Source: Octopus sinensis
Lineage: Eukaryota
Reading direction: 5' to 3'
Length of the DNA stretch: 64,000 nt
Assembly: GCF_006345805.1 (NCBI RefSeq)
Contig: NC_042998.1
Span: 75,950,001-76,014,000, forward strand
Position numbers and translations under genes: made by a program. The notes beneath the pieces were generated by a model that did no database searches, was not told the DNA's origin, and saw nothing but the letters and a program-made list of their open reading frames with translations. The first letter of the stretch is position 1. Every line of letters begins with the position of its first letter. Shown here piece after piece: positions 14,728 to 29,520 of the stretch.

Positions 14728-17184
14728 TGTGTGTGTGTGCGTGCATGTGTGTGTACGCGTGTGTTGGGAGTGCACACGTATGTTTGTTTTCTCCCAGCCA
14801 CTCAACTTAGCCACCATTTTAATAAGGGAGATTACTTCACAACGAAGAGTTTTCTCCCTTAAAACGCGTAGTTTTAAAGGGAGAGTACTGTAGTATAAGA
14901 GTTTTTTCCCTTTAACCATCGGAATTTTTTCTATTTTATAAATAGAAGGCCTTAAATTTGTTGGGAATGGCTAATCGATTATATTGATACTAGACTGGTA
15001 CTTATTTTATTGAACCCGAAAGGATGAAAATCACAGTTGACCTCGATATAATTTGAATTTACAGCATAAAACCGGAAGAAAATGCCGCTAAGCACTTTGT
15101 CCGGCGTACAAACGATTCTGCAAGCTCTCCATCTTTCTTAATCATCGGTTACTGATATAATCAAATTTTTGTCATTTTTGCTAAGCTATTGAATCGTATG
15201 AGCTCGTAACTCGGACTTTGTTTTATCTTTTACCTTTTTCAATATGAAACCAATATTTTCTAAATATTATTTTAATAAATACATAAATACAGAATAAATC
15301 ATCTCCGAAGGGACATAATCCATTTTAGCGAAAAGGATGCAACTTTTTTACACATATTGATATATCACAATACCAACACATTTTTGTATATTAACGCACA
15401 CGTGAGATATTATATTTACATTTTTATTTCCTTAACACAATATAGTATTAAATATCAAAGTTTTACTTTTTATAATTTTTTTTTTCCTAATTTAGTATCA
15501 ATGACCAGTTCGTTAATATTCAATAAGTATCTTCTATATTTCTATTACTGTATAAAATATGAGAAAAATAATACAATAGCTAAATTTGCAGCACAGATGC
15601 AAGACAATAGCAGGCAAAAACTTAATGTTTATTTTTCTGGTATTGTGCTTACAAAAATACTAGTATTTTTATAAGTAGCCCATACAGAGATCGTTTTGTC
15701 TTTTTGGTGTCACAAAGTTGAGAAGACTCTTCAAATCGTTTAAAAGAAAAACTTGCCTGGAAATTTTCAAATCTCCCCAACCAACGTTTCCATTCTTGTT
15801 AAGAAACTAAGGAACTGGGATTGGCATCAAACTGCTATAGTCTAAGCAGATTATTCATCCTGAACTGGGTGGTTTAAGAAGCAGAGTCAGTTTTCAATAA
15901 AAGTATATTCAGCTTCACTGAATTACTTTTATGCTGAATAAATTGTTGTGCAATTGAAAAACATTTTATTGCAGCTATGAATAAAAATAAACAGTATAAT
16001 GACAAAAACAATATAATACATACCTGGTGGAGGAGGCAATATGCAAATGATTCCATTCATATGACAAATTTCAGCAAAACCTACAATCCTCATGAATAAC
16101 TTTCTTGGTTATCAGGAGAATGAACGGAAAACTAGTCAACAGAAAAAGTCTAAATCAGTTCATTTCTATAAAAATAAATCCTTTAAACTAGTAACAAAGA
16201 AATCACTAATTCAATCTACATAGCTTCTAATAAATGATTTTCATAATATGCATTATGGAAACAGCTATGAAATTAACCATTTCACTACAGTCTTTTTTCT
16301 TCAAAGCACATAGGTTTATTGTTCTTATGAACAATTGACATATTAAGTTCTAAATATATAATTAAGAGGAAGACGGTGCCCAGAACTGTTTACAAGGCAT
16401 CCATGCTTAATGGGAAGATAGAAAGGTCATCAAACTGGAGAGTGAATTCTCCTACGGGTAGCAACAGCTCCAAGAGGTTATGCTAAATGGATTTAATCTA
16501 TCAACCAAATAGGCCACGGCAGATTGCAAGGAGACAGAACAAAGACCACAAGGCATCAAGTTCAACATTCTTACAGTTTTACCAATCCATTGCTCTGGAT
16601 ACTCTTTACTCTCTTTTACTTGCTTCAGTCATTTGACTGTGGCCATGCTGGAGCACCGCCTTTAGTCGAGTAAATCAACCCCAGGACTTATTCTTTGTAA
16701 GCCTAGTACTTATTCTATCGGTCTCTTTTGCCGAAACTCCAAGTTACAGGGACATAAACACACTAGCATCGGTTGTCAAGCGATGTTGGTGGGACAAACA
16801 CAGACACACAAACACAGAAAACATGAAATGTAAAGATCTCCTTGGCAGGTTTGAAGTACAATGAGTCCACCACTGAACAATGTATCTGATTCTCTAACAA
16901 CTCACACAATTTACAATTTTCGTGTCATTACAAATCATGTTAATTGCAATATTATACAAGAGATGTAGATCAATGATAGTGTAATTACTTAGTTCTTAGT
17001 TGGAGAATAAGACTATTCTCGTAACTCCTCTACTCCCTACAGGAGAGATGGATGTTGTCAATGTTTTGTTTGAATTCCTGTAGTTCAAAATCTATAATAA
17101 AAATATGGGTGAGGAGGAAAATACAATTCTAATGACTAATATGAAAGTGTTTCGGACATATTTTTAAGGTAAGAATGAGATATA

Positions 17185-18092
17185 GCAAGGATGACAAGAG
17201 AAGAGGGCATTAGTGAAGGAGAGGACATTGATGGGACCAGCAATGATGACAACAAAAGAGGGCATCAGTGAAGGAGAGGACATTGATGGGACCAGCAAAG
17301 ATACAGGCAGTTATGAAATTTACCTTTCCACCACAGTCTTTTTTCTTCAAGCTTTTAAAGCACATTGGTTTATTGTTCGTATGAACAATTGACATATTAA
17401 GTTCTCAATATGTTTGGTGTAAAGTTAACGATCACACACCCTTCAGACACTGGACATTGTCATCTATTATACTAATTCATGGAGAGTGGTTTTCGAAGAG
17501 CCAGAAAGGAGAGGACATTGATGGGACCAGCAAAGATGACAAGAGAAGAGGGTAATAGTGAAGGAGAAGACATTGATGGGGGCAACAAGGATAACAAGAG
17601 AAGAGGGTAATAGTGAAGGAGAGGATATTGATGGGACCAGCAATGATGACAAGAGAAGAGGGCATTAGTGAAGGAGAGGACATTGGTGGGACCAGCAATG
17701 ATGACAAGAGAAGAGAGTAATAGTGAAGGAGAAGACATTGATGGGACCAGCAGGGGTGATAAGAGAAGAGAGCATTAGTGAAGGAGAGGATATTGATGGG
17801 GGCAGCAAGGATAACAAGAGAAGATGGCATTAGTGAAGGAGAGAATATTGATGGGACCAGCAATGATGACAAGAGAAGAGGGTAATAGTGAAGGAGAGGA
17901 TATTGATGAGACCAGCAATGATGACAAGAGAAGAGGGTAATAGTGAAGAAGACATTGATGGGACCAGCAAGGGTGATAAGAGAAGAGGGCATTAGTGAAG
18001 GAGAGGACAATGATGGGACCAGCAAAGATGACAAGAAAAGAGGGCATTAGTAAAGGAGAGGACAATCATAGGACCAGCAAGGATGACAAGAG
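17185..18092. repeat. 55-bp minisatellite: 2 units at 17185-17302 and about 10.5 units at 17506-18092
   Basis: Unit gaaggagaggacattgatgggaccagcaa(t/a)gatgacaagagaagaggg(c/t)a(t/a)tagt; one unit has a 3-bp deletion. Confidence 0.92.
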
Positions 18093-20427
18093 GGCAATTG
18101 TCAAGTAGCATGTGCTGTTGATAGATACCCACTTTTTTTTTTCATACAGGTACGACACTGACTTTCTGGACGGGATGGTTTTGAACATCTTATAACCCAC
18201 TTACAAGCAGGAACTTCAAATTTCCACAGCCACTAGAATAGTTTACTGGTACAGTACTAATAAGCTCGTACAGTACTAATAAACTTGTATCGCTCATACT
18301 AATGTGCAGATACTTGTACTTCATTTAATTATTAAAGTAAATTTAATATTTGCTTTATTTCATGTGTAGCTACCCATGACTCAGATAAAATCAGTGATTC
18401 AGAATGGCTTTAGAAACAAAGGTTTTTGTAAATTCGATGTTATGCCTATACATGAAAGAGATAATATTTCTATAGAATATGGGCTTAATGGCATTTACAT
18501 ATTACTCTACAAAATGTCCTTTTATAAAATATTCTGACCTTTGGTATAATTGCTCCCTCACAATAAAATAAATTTGAATAAACATTTATTCATTCAGCGA
18601 ATGAGGTTTTTGTTGATTTCTTTGATTTCTACCTTTAAATACAAACAAGAAAAACAGAACAGAAACATTAAAATTCAAAAGGGTTTATTTAATTTGTCTT
18701 CATGCCATTATTACACAGAGACTAAAAGAATCTTGGTAAAAGATTTAAAGAATCCACAGTGTCTGATGGAAAAAATATGCGAGATTTACAAACAAATAAT
18801 TTTTACAAAACCAAATTTTGTAACCAAACAATTTTCGCAACATGTAATTACAAAAAAAAAAACAATTAAAATATATTCAATAACAGAATTTGTACAGAAA
18901 TAGTTATTCTATTGAAATTTCTTATTTCCTATTTGAATGGATATAATCAGTCCATTCTAAACCTTGCACACAAAATATATGTGAAATCAGAACAACAATA
19001 TTTTAATTCTCTCACTTTTAAAAACACAGCAGGATGCAAAGTTATGGATGCAGACATATCCATGTGGTTAAGATGTTGTTGTTTTTTTTGTTTGTTATTT
19101 TGTTTGTTTGTTGTTTTTTTTTGGGGGGGGGGTTACTACATGGTTCTGAATTTGATCCCACTATGCAATATCTTGAGCGAGTGTTTTCTTCCATAGCATT
19201 CTACTGACCACTGCCTTGTGAGCAGAGTAGATGAAAACTACAAAAGCTCTGTGTGTGTGTGTGTGTGTCTATGTGTGTGTGTATACATGTGTGTGTGTGT
19301 ACATGTGTGTGTGTGCATACTTCACAGAATAAGATGTAAAAAATAGCAAGAAACCTAAAAACTGATGCTTTTAAATTTTTTAATAAAAATACTAAATGGT
19401 GTTTGTTTCACCCAAGTTGCACAGACAATCCCTTGTCACTGCTGCCGTCAAAAATGCAGTGATCCTATCATTTGTCCATTAGAAACTTGTAATCAACAAT
19501 GCTATCAATCACCAAATGGAATATGAAATTTTAAAACGAATAAAAGCTGCTTCTCTCTTGTCAGGACGGTTTCATTTACTTTCATTCACAAAACTCAATA
19601 CATATAGCTACTTAACCATAGCATTACATATATCAAAATCTGTATTCACTCAATTTAATTCCTTTCCCTGAGAACATATCAAACAATAATTCTAAAATAA
19701 TTGAAAATAAAGAGAAAAGAGAACAATAAATGGCATTTAATTAATAACTACAACACAGACACTGTGTACTTACATTGCTTAGTTTCAATTAATATGCAAA
19801 TTCTTACAGATTCATTATCATTATTTGAATAGTATTTGAAATTACAGAGTTATATATTTGTAAAATGTATTAGGATATATTGGTTTCAAATTTTGGCACA
19901 AGGCCAGCAGCTTCAAGAGAGGGGGCAAGTCGATTACATCGACCCCCAGTACTCAACTGGTATTTATTTTACCAATCCCAGTAGGATGAAAGGTAAAGTC
20001 AACCTTGGCAGGATTTGAACACACAACATAAAAACAGATGAAATGCCGCTAAGCATTTTGCCTGGCAGGTAAACAATTCTGCTAGGTCACTGCCTTAATA
20101 TTAGAATGTAATTTATAAAAAAAAAAAAATATTTTACATCTATAATTCCATCCTAAGATGAGTAGAATAGATTTGAAAAATTTGTCTATTTTACCTATTC
20201 TAGGAAATATTTTATGACCTTATGCCCTTCCTTCCTATTGCTAACCACTTAACTATGAAACTGAACTGAACCTATTGTCAGACAAAGAAAAGTGGTGTGG
20301 CGCCAACAGTTTAAACGAAAGGTTCAGTGAGTCAGCACTTAAAGATCTCAATACTATGTCATTATAAAAGATTGAAAATTAAATCTAACATCTTTCCAAT
20401 ATATTGCTGTAAATACTAACAAACAAA

Positions 20428-20635
20428 AGCCATTCGATTCACTTCAACATTTAAGTTTAATTTGTCAAAATATTTTCGTCGCTTTAAGACCGCGACCTGT
20501 TCACTGACAAAAATCCGTGTGTGTTTCTTAAATGGCTTACAAACACCTTCCACGCTGCAATTGTTTTCGTTTCAGCACATGATCTCAGATCAAATCACTT
20601 GCTATGCAAGTACATCTCTGTAAAGCTGTAAATAC
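20428..20635 (-). repeat. CpG-rich interspersed repeat with hammerhead-shaped terminus (probable Penelope-like end)
   Basis: Minus strand 20462-20511: UUGUCA-GUGAACAG-GUCGC(loop)GCGAC-GAAA-AUAUUU-UGACAA. Confidence 0.4.
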
Positions 20636-21280
20636 TGTTCTCATGTTATCATCAGAGATAGTATTAATGATCAAAAAAACGAAAAATCTCAGTGTCATTT
20701 ATATTACATATAACTACTTCAATGTCAATTTAAAATAGAAGTTGTTAGTTCAGCTATTTTCACTTTTAAGAATCACCAGATAATTTCAGTCTCTGTGCGG
20801 TATTATTCATTCTAACACCAAATATACAATTACTACTTACTACTTATTAAGGCCACTAATAACTATGCAAGACAACATAGTATGTATCACAAGTAGCAAG
20901 TGCTACAAAATACTTTACAATGCACACTGACAATAGCTGTGTAGTTACCAGCAAAACAATGTTGTATGAATGCAGTGTATACAACAGATAAATAAGCTGC
21001 AAAATATCACTTGTCAAAATTTTTTCTTTTTAATTAAAAAAAAAACATTTTCACTTCTTCAGTGAATCATTTAATAAACCCTTTTAAAGATTTTGGAGTG
21101 GCAAATTGAAATATTGTCCAATAATACTTGAAATATTGTTCAATAATACAGGTTTCAGAACACCTTTTAACAAAAAAAGCTCCACTAAAACAATTTGGAT
21201 TTTGGGGGTAAAAATGGTAAAAATGTTTCCTAGACATTAATTAATAACAAAAACAGATTTAAAGTGTGTGTGTGCGTGTT

Positions 21281-21329
<49 letters not shown>

Positions 21330-21585
21330 TGTGTGTGTGTGTGTGTGTGTACATACACACACGCTGGTCTTACTTTTTAAATTTCTCATCAATAGGAAAA
21401 GAGCCAGTTTCTGATTCTTAACCCTGAAACAAGGATCTTTCATTGATATTTAGACATCAACTGCATAATTGTTTCGGTGTGTGTATGTGTGCGCATGTTA
21501 CTCACATGCATATATGTGTACAAGCATAAATGTCACACCATGTGTAGAACTGTTTGATTGTGTACACATAAAATGTTTGTATGTT

Positions 21586-21617
<32 letters not shown>

Positions 21618-22149
21618 TGCGTGTGTCAGTGTATAATTTGTCTTTGAGATTATTTAAGTCTTCCTTCATTGGATTCAAGTCACTCGCTAACAAAATGACA
21701 TGGCTTTTTTGTTTATGACAATTCCTGGAATTTGTACATATGTAAACATGTTAATGTGTGCATACATGAATAAACTTGCACTCATACAATGAGTGCGCAT
21801 GTCACTTTAATACACGTTTTTTGTCATCATCATCATCATTTAACATCCGTTTTCCATCCAGGCGCTTTAAGACCGCGACCTGTTCACTGACAAAAATGGA
21901 TGGTGTGACAGGAGCTGGCCAGCTGAAGGGCTGTTTAGACTCCATGTCTGTTTTGACATGGTTTCTATGGCTGGAGGCTCTTCCTAACATGTTTCGTAAC
22001 TATTTGTGTATATCAAGCTGTGTGTGTGTGTGCATGCGCACGCACATGCATGCAAGCATGTACATATATAATTCTGTGCATGTATGTTTGCCATATGCAA
22101 ATGTGATGGTGTGTGCATGTTCATTCCAGGATTCCAGGAAACGCAAATA

Positions 22150-23080
22150 GAGAGACTTTGGAGTTTAATAAATTTTCCCTATACCATTGGTTGGTCATAT
22201 TTGGAGGATGCAAATCAGTTTGATTTGTTCTTTCTTGGAGAAACCCAACATTTCTAGAGTATTATGTAAATCTGATCTTACATAACTCAATGCACCAATG
22301 TACAAATCAAAATCTATAGCCTGGATATTAGCTTTAAGTTTCTCATTACTTCACTATAGATGTTCTCTCTTTTCCACCAATTTTACACAAGACATTGACA
22401 TCCATTCAGCAGCTGACTTCCACAATAATGTACAACTTTTATTCCTTGTCCCATAGAACAATATCAGACCTATTGTGTTTGCACTAGATTGTTGTTTTTA
22501 CTGGAATGCTCCACATGTATTTCTTATTTTTAAAGGTGTGTATAAATATTGGTTCTGGTGTGCCTTTGGTATGGCCATCAGGGCTATCATTCCTGGGGAT
22601 AGCATTGTAAACAGTTTTGGCAACACAATTTGAATGGTTTCGACAACAATGACATGTCCCATGAGAAGATGGAACCTTGCAAACATTTTTGGACAGTTGT
22701 TGATGAAATGGGTGATATCTTCCACACTGATGTGAGAGTCAACATTAACTGTCACAACATGGAAGTTTAGAGGTATCTTTGTCTCCATCGTTGATCAGAT
22801 ATATCTATCTCCAGTTCTTGGACAGTGAAGGCATAACCTTCTAGGTGAGATGCAATGTATCTGTCACAAGTCTAGGAGAAGCTACTCATCCAGTCAATAC
22901 TGTTAGTATCCTCAAGTTAACAGGATATTTACCCATACATAACTTTCTGCTGATATGAGTGTTTCTCCTCCAAGTTTGCTTTTAAGAAGATTAACCAGCT
23001 TCTCCAGGCTCCCTGACTAGCTATTCACATGTTCTTCACCTAATCTCCATGAGTGAAGGGACAAGTCAAGTGCTTTCTAA
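22150..23080 (-). mobile_element. Decayed RLE-type (R4/Dong-like) LINE 3' fragment
   Basis: VEDITHFINNCPKMFAR, VAKTVYNAI, CKHNRSDIVLWDKE..IVEVSC..DVNV, LEMLGFSKKE in shifting frames. Confidence 0.75.
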
Positions 23081-23206
23081 CAGCTAGCTATATATATATG
23101 TGTGTGTGTATGTCTTTTATCTTTTAATTATTTTAGTCATTAGACTGCAGCCATGCTGGAATCCCACCTTGAAGAATTTTTAGTTGAATGGATTGACCAA
23201 AGTACT

Positions 23207-23237
<31 letters not shown>

Positions 23238-23327
23238 AGAGTTTACGAAAAAAAAAAAAAAGACGAAGACAATTGGTGTACAAAACAAACAGATGTATTA
23301 GTATAACGCTCAGGAATAGAATAAGTG

Positions 23328-23363
23328 TTTTACATTTCGAGCCTATGCTCTTCTACAGAAAGG
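23328..23363 (-). ncRNA. Second copy of the CUGUAGA hammerhead-like motif
   Basis: CUUU-CUGUAGA-A-GAGC(AUAG)GCUC-GAAAU-GUA-AAAC. Confidence 0.45.
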
Positions 23364-23939
23364 GACACAGAAAAAACAAGGAGAGAAAAATATATATATA
23401 CTTACATATATATACAAAAATATATATACTTACATATATATACAAAAATATATATATACTTACATATATATACAAATATATATATATACTTACATATATA
23501 TATACAAACATACATATACATATATACAAACATACATATATACATATGCATATATACAAACATACATACATATACATATATACAAACATACATATATGCA
23601 TACAAACAGACAGACATATTCGTGTGTTTACATTCCTCTAACTTTCCAGCTCAGTGAAAGAGACCAATAGAATAAGCTCCAGGCTTATTGGGGTTCAATT
23701 CATTTGACTAAAATTCTTCAAAGTAGTGCCCCAGCATGACCACAGTCTAATGACTGAAACAAGCAAAGGATAAAAGTTACATGTATGTATATATTTATGT
23801 ATGCATACACGTAAGTATATATGTATGTATTTTCATTATACATGTAAGTTTATGCATTATGCATACATGCCATATTCTGAAAGTGTGTGAGTGTAATTAC
23901 TTATGCATACATACAGGTATGTGTGTATGTATATATGTA

Positions 23940-23972
<33 letters not shown>

Positions 23973-25054
23973 ATGTATGCATGCATGCATAAATGTGTGT
24001 GAATGTGTGTGTGTATGTATGTATGTACGTGTGTGTGAATGTGTGTATGTATGTATGTATGTATGTATGTATGTGTGTGCGTGAATGTGTGTATGTGTGT
24101 GTATGTATGTATGTATGTGCTTATATATTTATACAGGTATCTATGTGCTTATATATCCATATAGGCAAGCATGTATGTATGTACATATTTTCATTATATA
24201 TGTAAGTTTATGCATTAATGTAATATATGCATACATGCCATATTTTGAAGGTGTGCCTGTCTGTCTGTTTTTATTTATGTATGTATGTATGTATGTATGT
24301 ATGTATAAATAAATATGCCATATTATAAATATATCATCAAGTAGTTAGTTTATAAGTAGAAATGTTAAAAAAGTAGAAATGTAATTGAGAGAGAGACATG
24401 TGGAGTATAAAAATTCAGATTTTAATGTGTATCAATAAATATGACTAAGCCTACCTTGGAATTTACTCTTCAACTATCACCAGGATTTTAAGCAGTTCAA
24501 ATTAGTGAAGTAGTGTGTAAAGTTACATATATGTGGTGTGTGTGTATATGTGTGAGTAAAATCATACATGTGCATGTGTGTGTGAGTAGTTTATTACAGA
24601 AATGTGAGCTATAAGAAACAGGATGACAAAATATACTACCCTACCTAAAATATGAACAACATTAACCAAATATGGCTACAAATAATTCAGCAGTTAGAAT
24701 TGTTTAAAAGATATGTGTTGATTTTTTTTTTACGTGTCCATTTTGCAAAATCATTATAAAAATGTTTACTTTGTTGTCTGAAATAGCAAAAACTAGTTCT
24801 AATTTTCCTAAACTATTAAAGCAGAAATTAGTTACAATGGATGGCAGAGATAAGTTTTGGTTTTCTACTGACATATTAAAAGTTAAAATCAAAATTGATT
24901 GTGTTGACTTCACACTTCATCAACAGTGTTATCATGTAAATGAATATTTTATAAAGATGAGGTTAGACAAAAAGTGTCAGTTATCAAATTTTGGAATTAA
25001 TACAGTGCTCAAACATAGTGTTTTAAAATAGAAATTGCTTCATTACATATATTA

Positions 25055-25180
25055 TTAGCATATGTATGTGTGTGTGTGTGTGTGTGTATATATTATATAT
25101 ATATATATGCATGCGTGTATATATATATATATATAAATGAGGTTATATACATAATTTGCATGTATATATATATGCACGTA

Positions 25181-25228
<48 letters not shown>

Positions 25229-25381
25229 TATAATATATATATACATATATATATATATATACATATATATCATCATCATCATCATCATCATTAACGTCCG
25301 CTTTCCATGCTAGCATGGGTTGGACGGTTCAACTGGGGTCTGGGGAGCCCGAAAGCTGCACCAGTCCAGTCAGATCTATAC

Positions 25382-25412
<31 letters not shown>

Positions 25413-25502
25413 ATATATATACATATACATATACATATATATACATATACATATATATATATATACATATATATATACATATATTATATATATATATATA
25501 AC

Positions 25503-25553
<51 letters not shown>

Positions 25554-25562
25554 CATATATAC

Positions 25563-25599
<37 letters not shown>

Positions 25600-25663
25600 C
25601 ATATATACATATATACATACATATATACATATATACATATATATATATATATAATATACATAT

Positions 25664-25707
<44 letters not shown>

Positions 25708-25826
25708 ATATATATATGTGTGTGTGTGTGCATGTATGTGTATATATATATATATATATGCACACATATATACATATGTGAGTATGTACATATATATACA
25801 CGCACATACATATATATACATGCATG

Positions 25827-25859
<33 letters not shown>

Positions 25860-26382
25860 ATACATATATATGTACATACATGTATAAATACATATATATA
25901 TACATATATATATACATATATATATATATACATATATATATATACATACATATATGTATATACATGTATATACATATATATATATATACACATGTATATA
26001 AATATATGTACATATATACATGTATATATATATATGTATATACATATATATATATATATATATACATGCATACATGTACATACATATACACATACATTTA
26101 TATACATACACACATGCATACATATATATATATACACACATACATGTATATACATACACATACATGTATATAATACATACATACATGTATATAATACATA
26201 CATACATATATATAATACATACATACATATATATAATACATACATACATATATATAATACATACATACATATATATAATACATACATACATATATATAAT
26301 ACATACATACATATATATAATACATACATACATATATATAATACATACATACATATATATAATACATACATACATATATATA

Positions 26383-26433
<51 letters not shown>

Positions 26434-26500
26434 TATAAATACACATATATACATATATATACTTACACAGATATATACACACAGACATCCACAAACATTG
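25055..26500. repeat. Large TA/CA-rich microsatellite block including about 13 copies of an 18-bp higher-order unit (tataatacatacatacata) at ~26170-26400
   Basis: Direct reading; explains the 371-aa and 272-aa YI ORFs. Confidence 0.95.
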
Positions 26501-29485
26501 AATTGTGTCAAACAAATAAGAGCAGTGCTCAATACAGGGTGTAGAGTTTACAGTTTATTGAAACTGGATTTTTGTCTTGTGATTTAAGTTTCATACTACT
26601 GTAATCTCTAGACAAGTTTTCATCTGAAGATCACAGTGACACAAAACTGAAGTCACCAGATGAAAATTCAGTGTCATTAAATTGTTTCCATATATGTATA
26701 TATTTTTTGTCACTCATACAAATTTTCACTTAAAACAAGCAAAAGACAATTTAAAATTTAGAATACTTTAAGGAGAAACATTTACAGTAAAACAATAATA
26801 AGAGACCTAAGAAAGAATTGCATACATTTAAATATAATAAAGAAGTTAGTTGTAAATTTAAATACTTTCCAATAATAATAGTCTTGGAGGGCCTTTCAAA
26901 ATAAAACTCAACTAAAACAATTTGCATCAGTCATTAACAGAAAAACTGCAAATTGAGATAAATAAAATATTATTATTTTGATGCAGAAGGTGGAAGTATA
27001 GATTGGGAAAATATTGAGGTTAAAGATAAAGATATCTTTCATAGTATGACTAGAATAAATATTTAAATATTCTGCTCAAAAGTAATGATAAGTGAAAAGC
27101 TTTGCTGTGCTGGATACAAAGATCAGTGGGAATAAAATTTATCAGTGATAATATGAAGAATATTATAATAGATTTAATGGCCATCATTCAATATTTAAAT
27201 ATGTTGGATATTATGTTAAAACAATGGCTTCCTTCCAGATTTTTTTTATACGAATACCATATATTTTAGCTCATGATCAAACTACCACTTCATGAGATTT
27301 TTCTTGGCTAAAAGTTACCCTGATAACCAATCATTACTATAGTCATATCACTTCAGCTATCACAAGAAATGAGTTAATTTTAGAAGCAGATATTTTCTAA
27401 TATCATCCCTTAATCTGAAAACTACAACTTCCTCTCAGTCTCTATATTCATTGACTGGATTTTATTTACAAAAGTTCACTCCTCGCAAATGTTGGCATCC
27501 TGTTAAAGGAAAAAAAATCCCTTTGATGTAAGAAAAATGCCAGTAATGCAAAGGGTGCCAATGAAATTAGTATCATTGTTCTGACATAAAAGAATACATA
27601 ATGCTATTCAGATAATAAATACATGTACCTTTTTTCTTGTTTCTTCCTCTTACTCATTTTTTGTTATATTACAAGTTGTAGCAAAGAGATAACCACTGTA
27701 TTTTTAAAGATGAAGCTCGAAAATACAGAACACAGAACACTTCGCAAATATGCAATTATATTCTTCTACAGGAATTCTAAGAATCTCATGTAATTTTCAA
27801 CTTAGTTGTATGACTCTTAGTTTACTTACCAGCAATGAACTATAGACTCAATACAAAGATTTTGCAGAATTTTGATTCTACAGTTTCAACTACTACAAGA
27901 CAGAAACAAAATTCAATACTTCATAAACATGAAGAACTCCTTAATTATTCCAACAGATGGATATAAACACACATTCATAGTCAATACAATAAACTCTGAC
28001 AAACAACAGAAAATATTTTAAATTCACATAGAAATACTTTCCTCAATAAAAGTGGTAAAAATTATACAGCATTCAGACCAAAAAGTTATCTTTGATAAAA
28101 GCGGAAGAGCAAGTAAATTTAACATAACCAGTTAAACCTGAATAGAATCAATCAAATCATACTTTTGGGGCAGCCATTAACATCAGACAAATAACAGCAG
28201 CATTTAGCCATTTCAAAAAATCAATGGCAAAGTGTAGAAAAAAAGTTTTAGCTAAAATTAATTCCGGAAAATTGATACAAAGCATATTTCCAAAAACTTT
28301 AAACACTTGTGATTATAGTATCATAAGTAATGGACAAAGGAGACAAATATGGAACAATTTTATCAAAGTTTCTAATCCGGATAAGTACATTTGATATGTA
28401 TTAGATTAAGTGAAATATTAGGTATTTACTGACCATTCCAAATTGACATGGTCAAACCTCGTTTTCATTTTTCCCTTTAAGTACTGATTTTGAAAAAGAA
28501 CAATATCACAAATCAATTCAAACAAACAAAATTTCATTAAAGAGTGTCTTGTGTTTTTATAGACTAATCCTTCTGACAATTGTAGATTTCTTTGTATCAT
28601 GGAAACTTAATGTAAGTAGATGATGTCTTACAATACTTGATAAATCAATAAAAGGAAATATAGATCTAAAAGATGAGGCACAGCAATGTGATGTCATATT
28701 CTAATAAACTCACATATCATTTTGTGTGTTGCATCTTAAGATAATTACTAAAATCAGTCAGAAGACATGTCAAAAGCAGTTTCTCACAACCTCAGAAATA
28801 AAAAAAATGTTATGTACATACCATACATTGTGGAAGAAAAAAAAAACTAAAAATCTCAAAAATATATACATATATAATGCCAAAGATAAAAATGTAAGTA
28901 AATAAAAACCACATCAAAGTAAACATCAAAGGAAAACATTTTAAATTTAAATCAAATACAATTTTTGGTAACAAAATTTCTCCTTTGAAATGGTAGATAG
29001 ACAAATAAAAAAAAGTGACTGTCAAAAGAAATACAACCTTACTCCTAACTGGATAATTCAACAGATTCTTCCAAAAATTAGTCTTCTAGTTTCGTTGTGA
29101 TATATCACAGATATAGAAAAACAGACCTGTTACTTTTACTTTTCTTGGTAGAATTCTAATTCCAGCCAAGTTACAAGGCTGTTCATGGTGTTTACACATC
29201 ATAATGTAAGCAAGTGTGCGATGTGACACTAATAAACAGATTTAGTTCAGAATTATTAACAACATTTTCCTCATCTTCAGGAACTCTTTAAGATAAATTA
29301 TATCAATGGAGAAAAGTGATGCATTTTCATCAGCACTTTCATCCAATAAGCCATCAGAAAGGAAATAAATTCCATACATAATGATTTAAAAATAATTATT
29401 CAAACATAGTAAAACAACTTTTGAACAAAACAGAATTGTTCCCTGCTCAATAAATGGAGAGTGGAAGTTTCGCAAAAAAAAAAAA

Positions 29486-29520
<35 letters not shown>

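Noticed and set aside
17185-18092. CRISPR-like appearance of the 55-bp array (also the 25-bp array at 33561 and 63-bp array at 60551)
   Set aside because: Contiguous tandem units with no unique spacers, no cas genes, eukaryotic context.
24762-25031. 89-aa ORF, and similar isolated ORFs at 15357, 18550, 39205 and 40606
   Set aside because: No recognisable motifs or consistent splice partners; expected by chance or from decayed LINEs.
25055-26544. Long ORFs (up to 371 aa) rich in Y, I, M, C, V, H, T, and similar ORFs at 3.5-5.6, 23-24, 50.8-51.2 and 62.3-63.3 kb
   Set aside because: Translations of TA/CA/TATG microsatellites, which lack stop codons.
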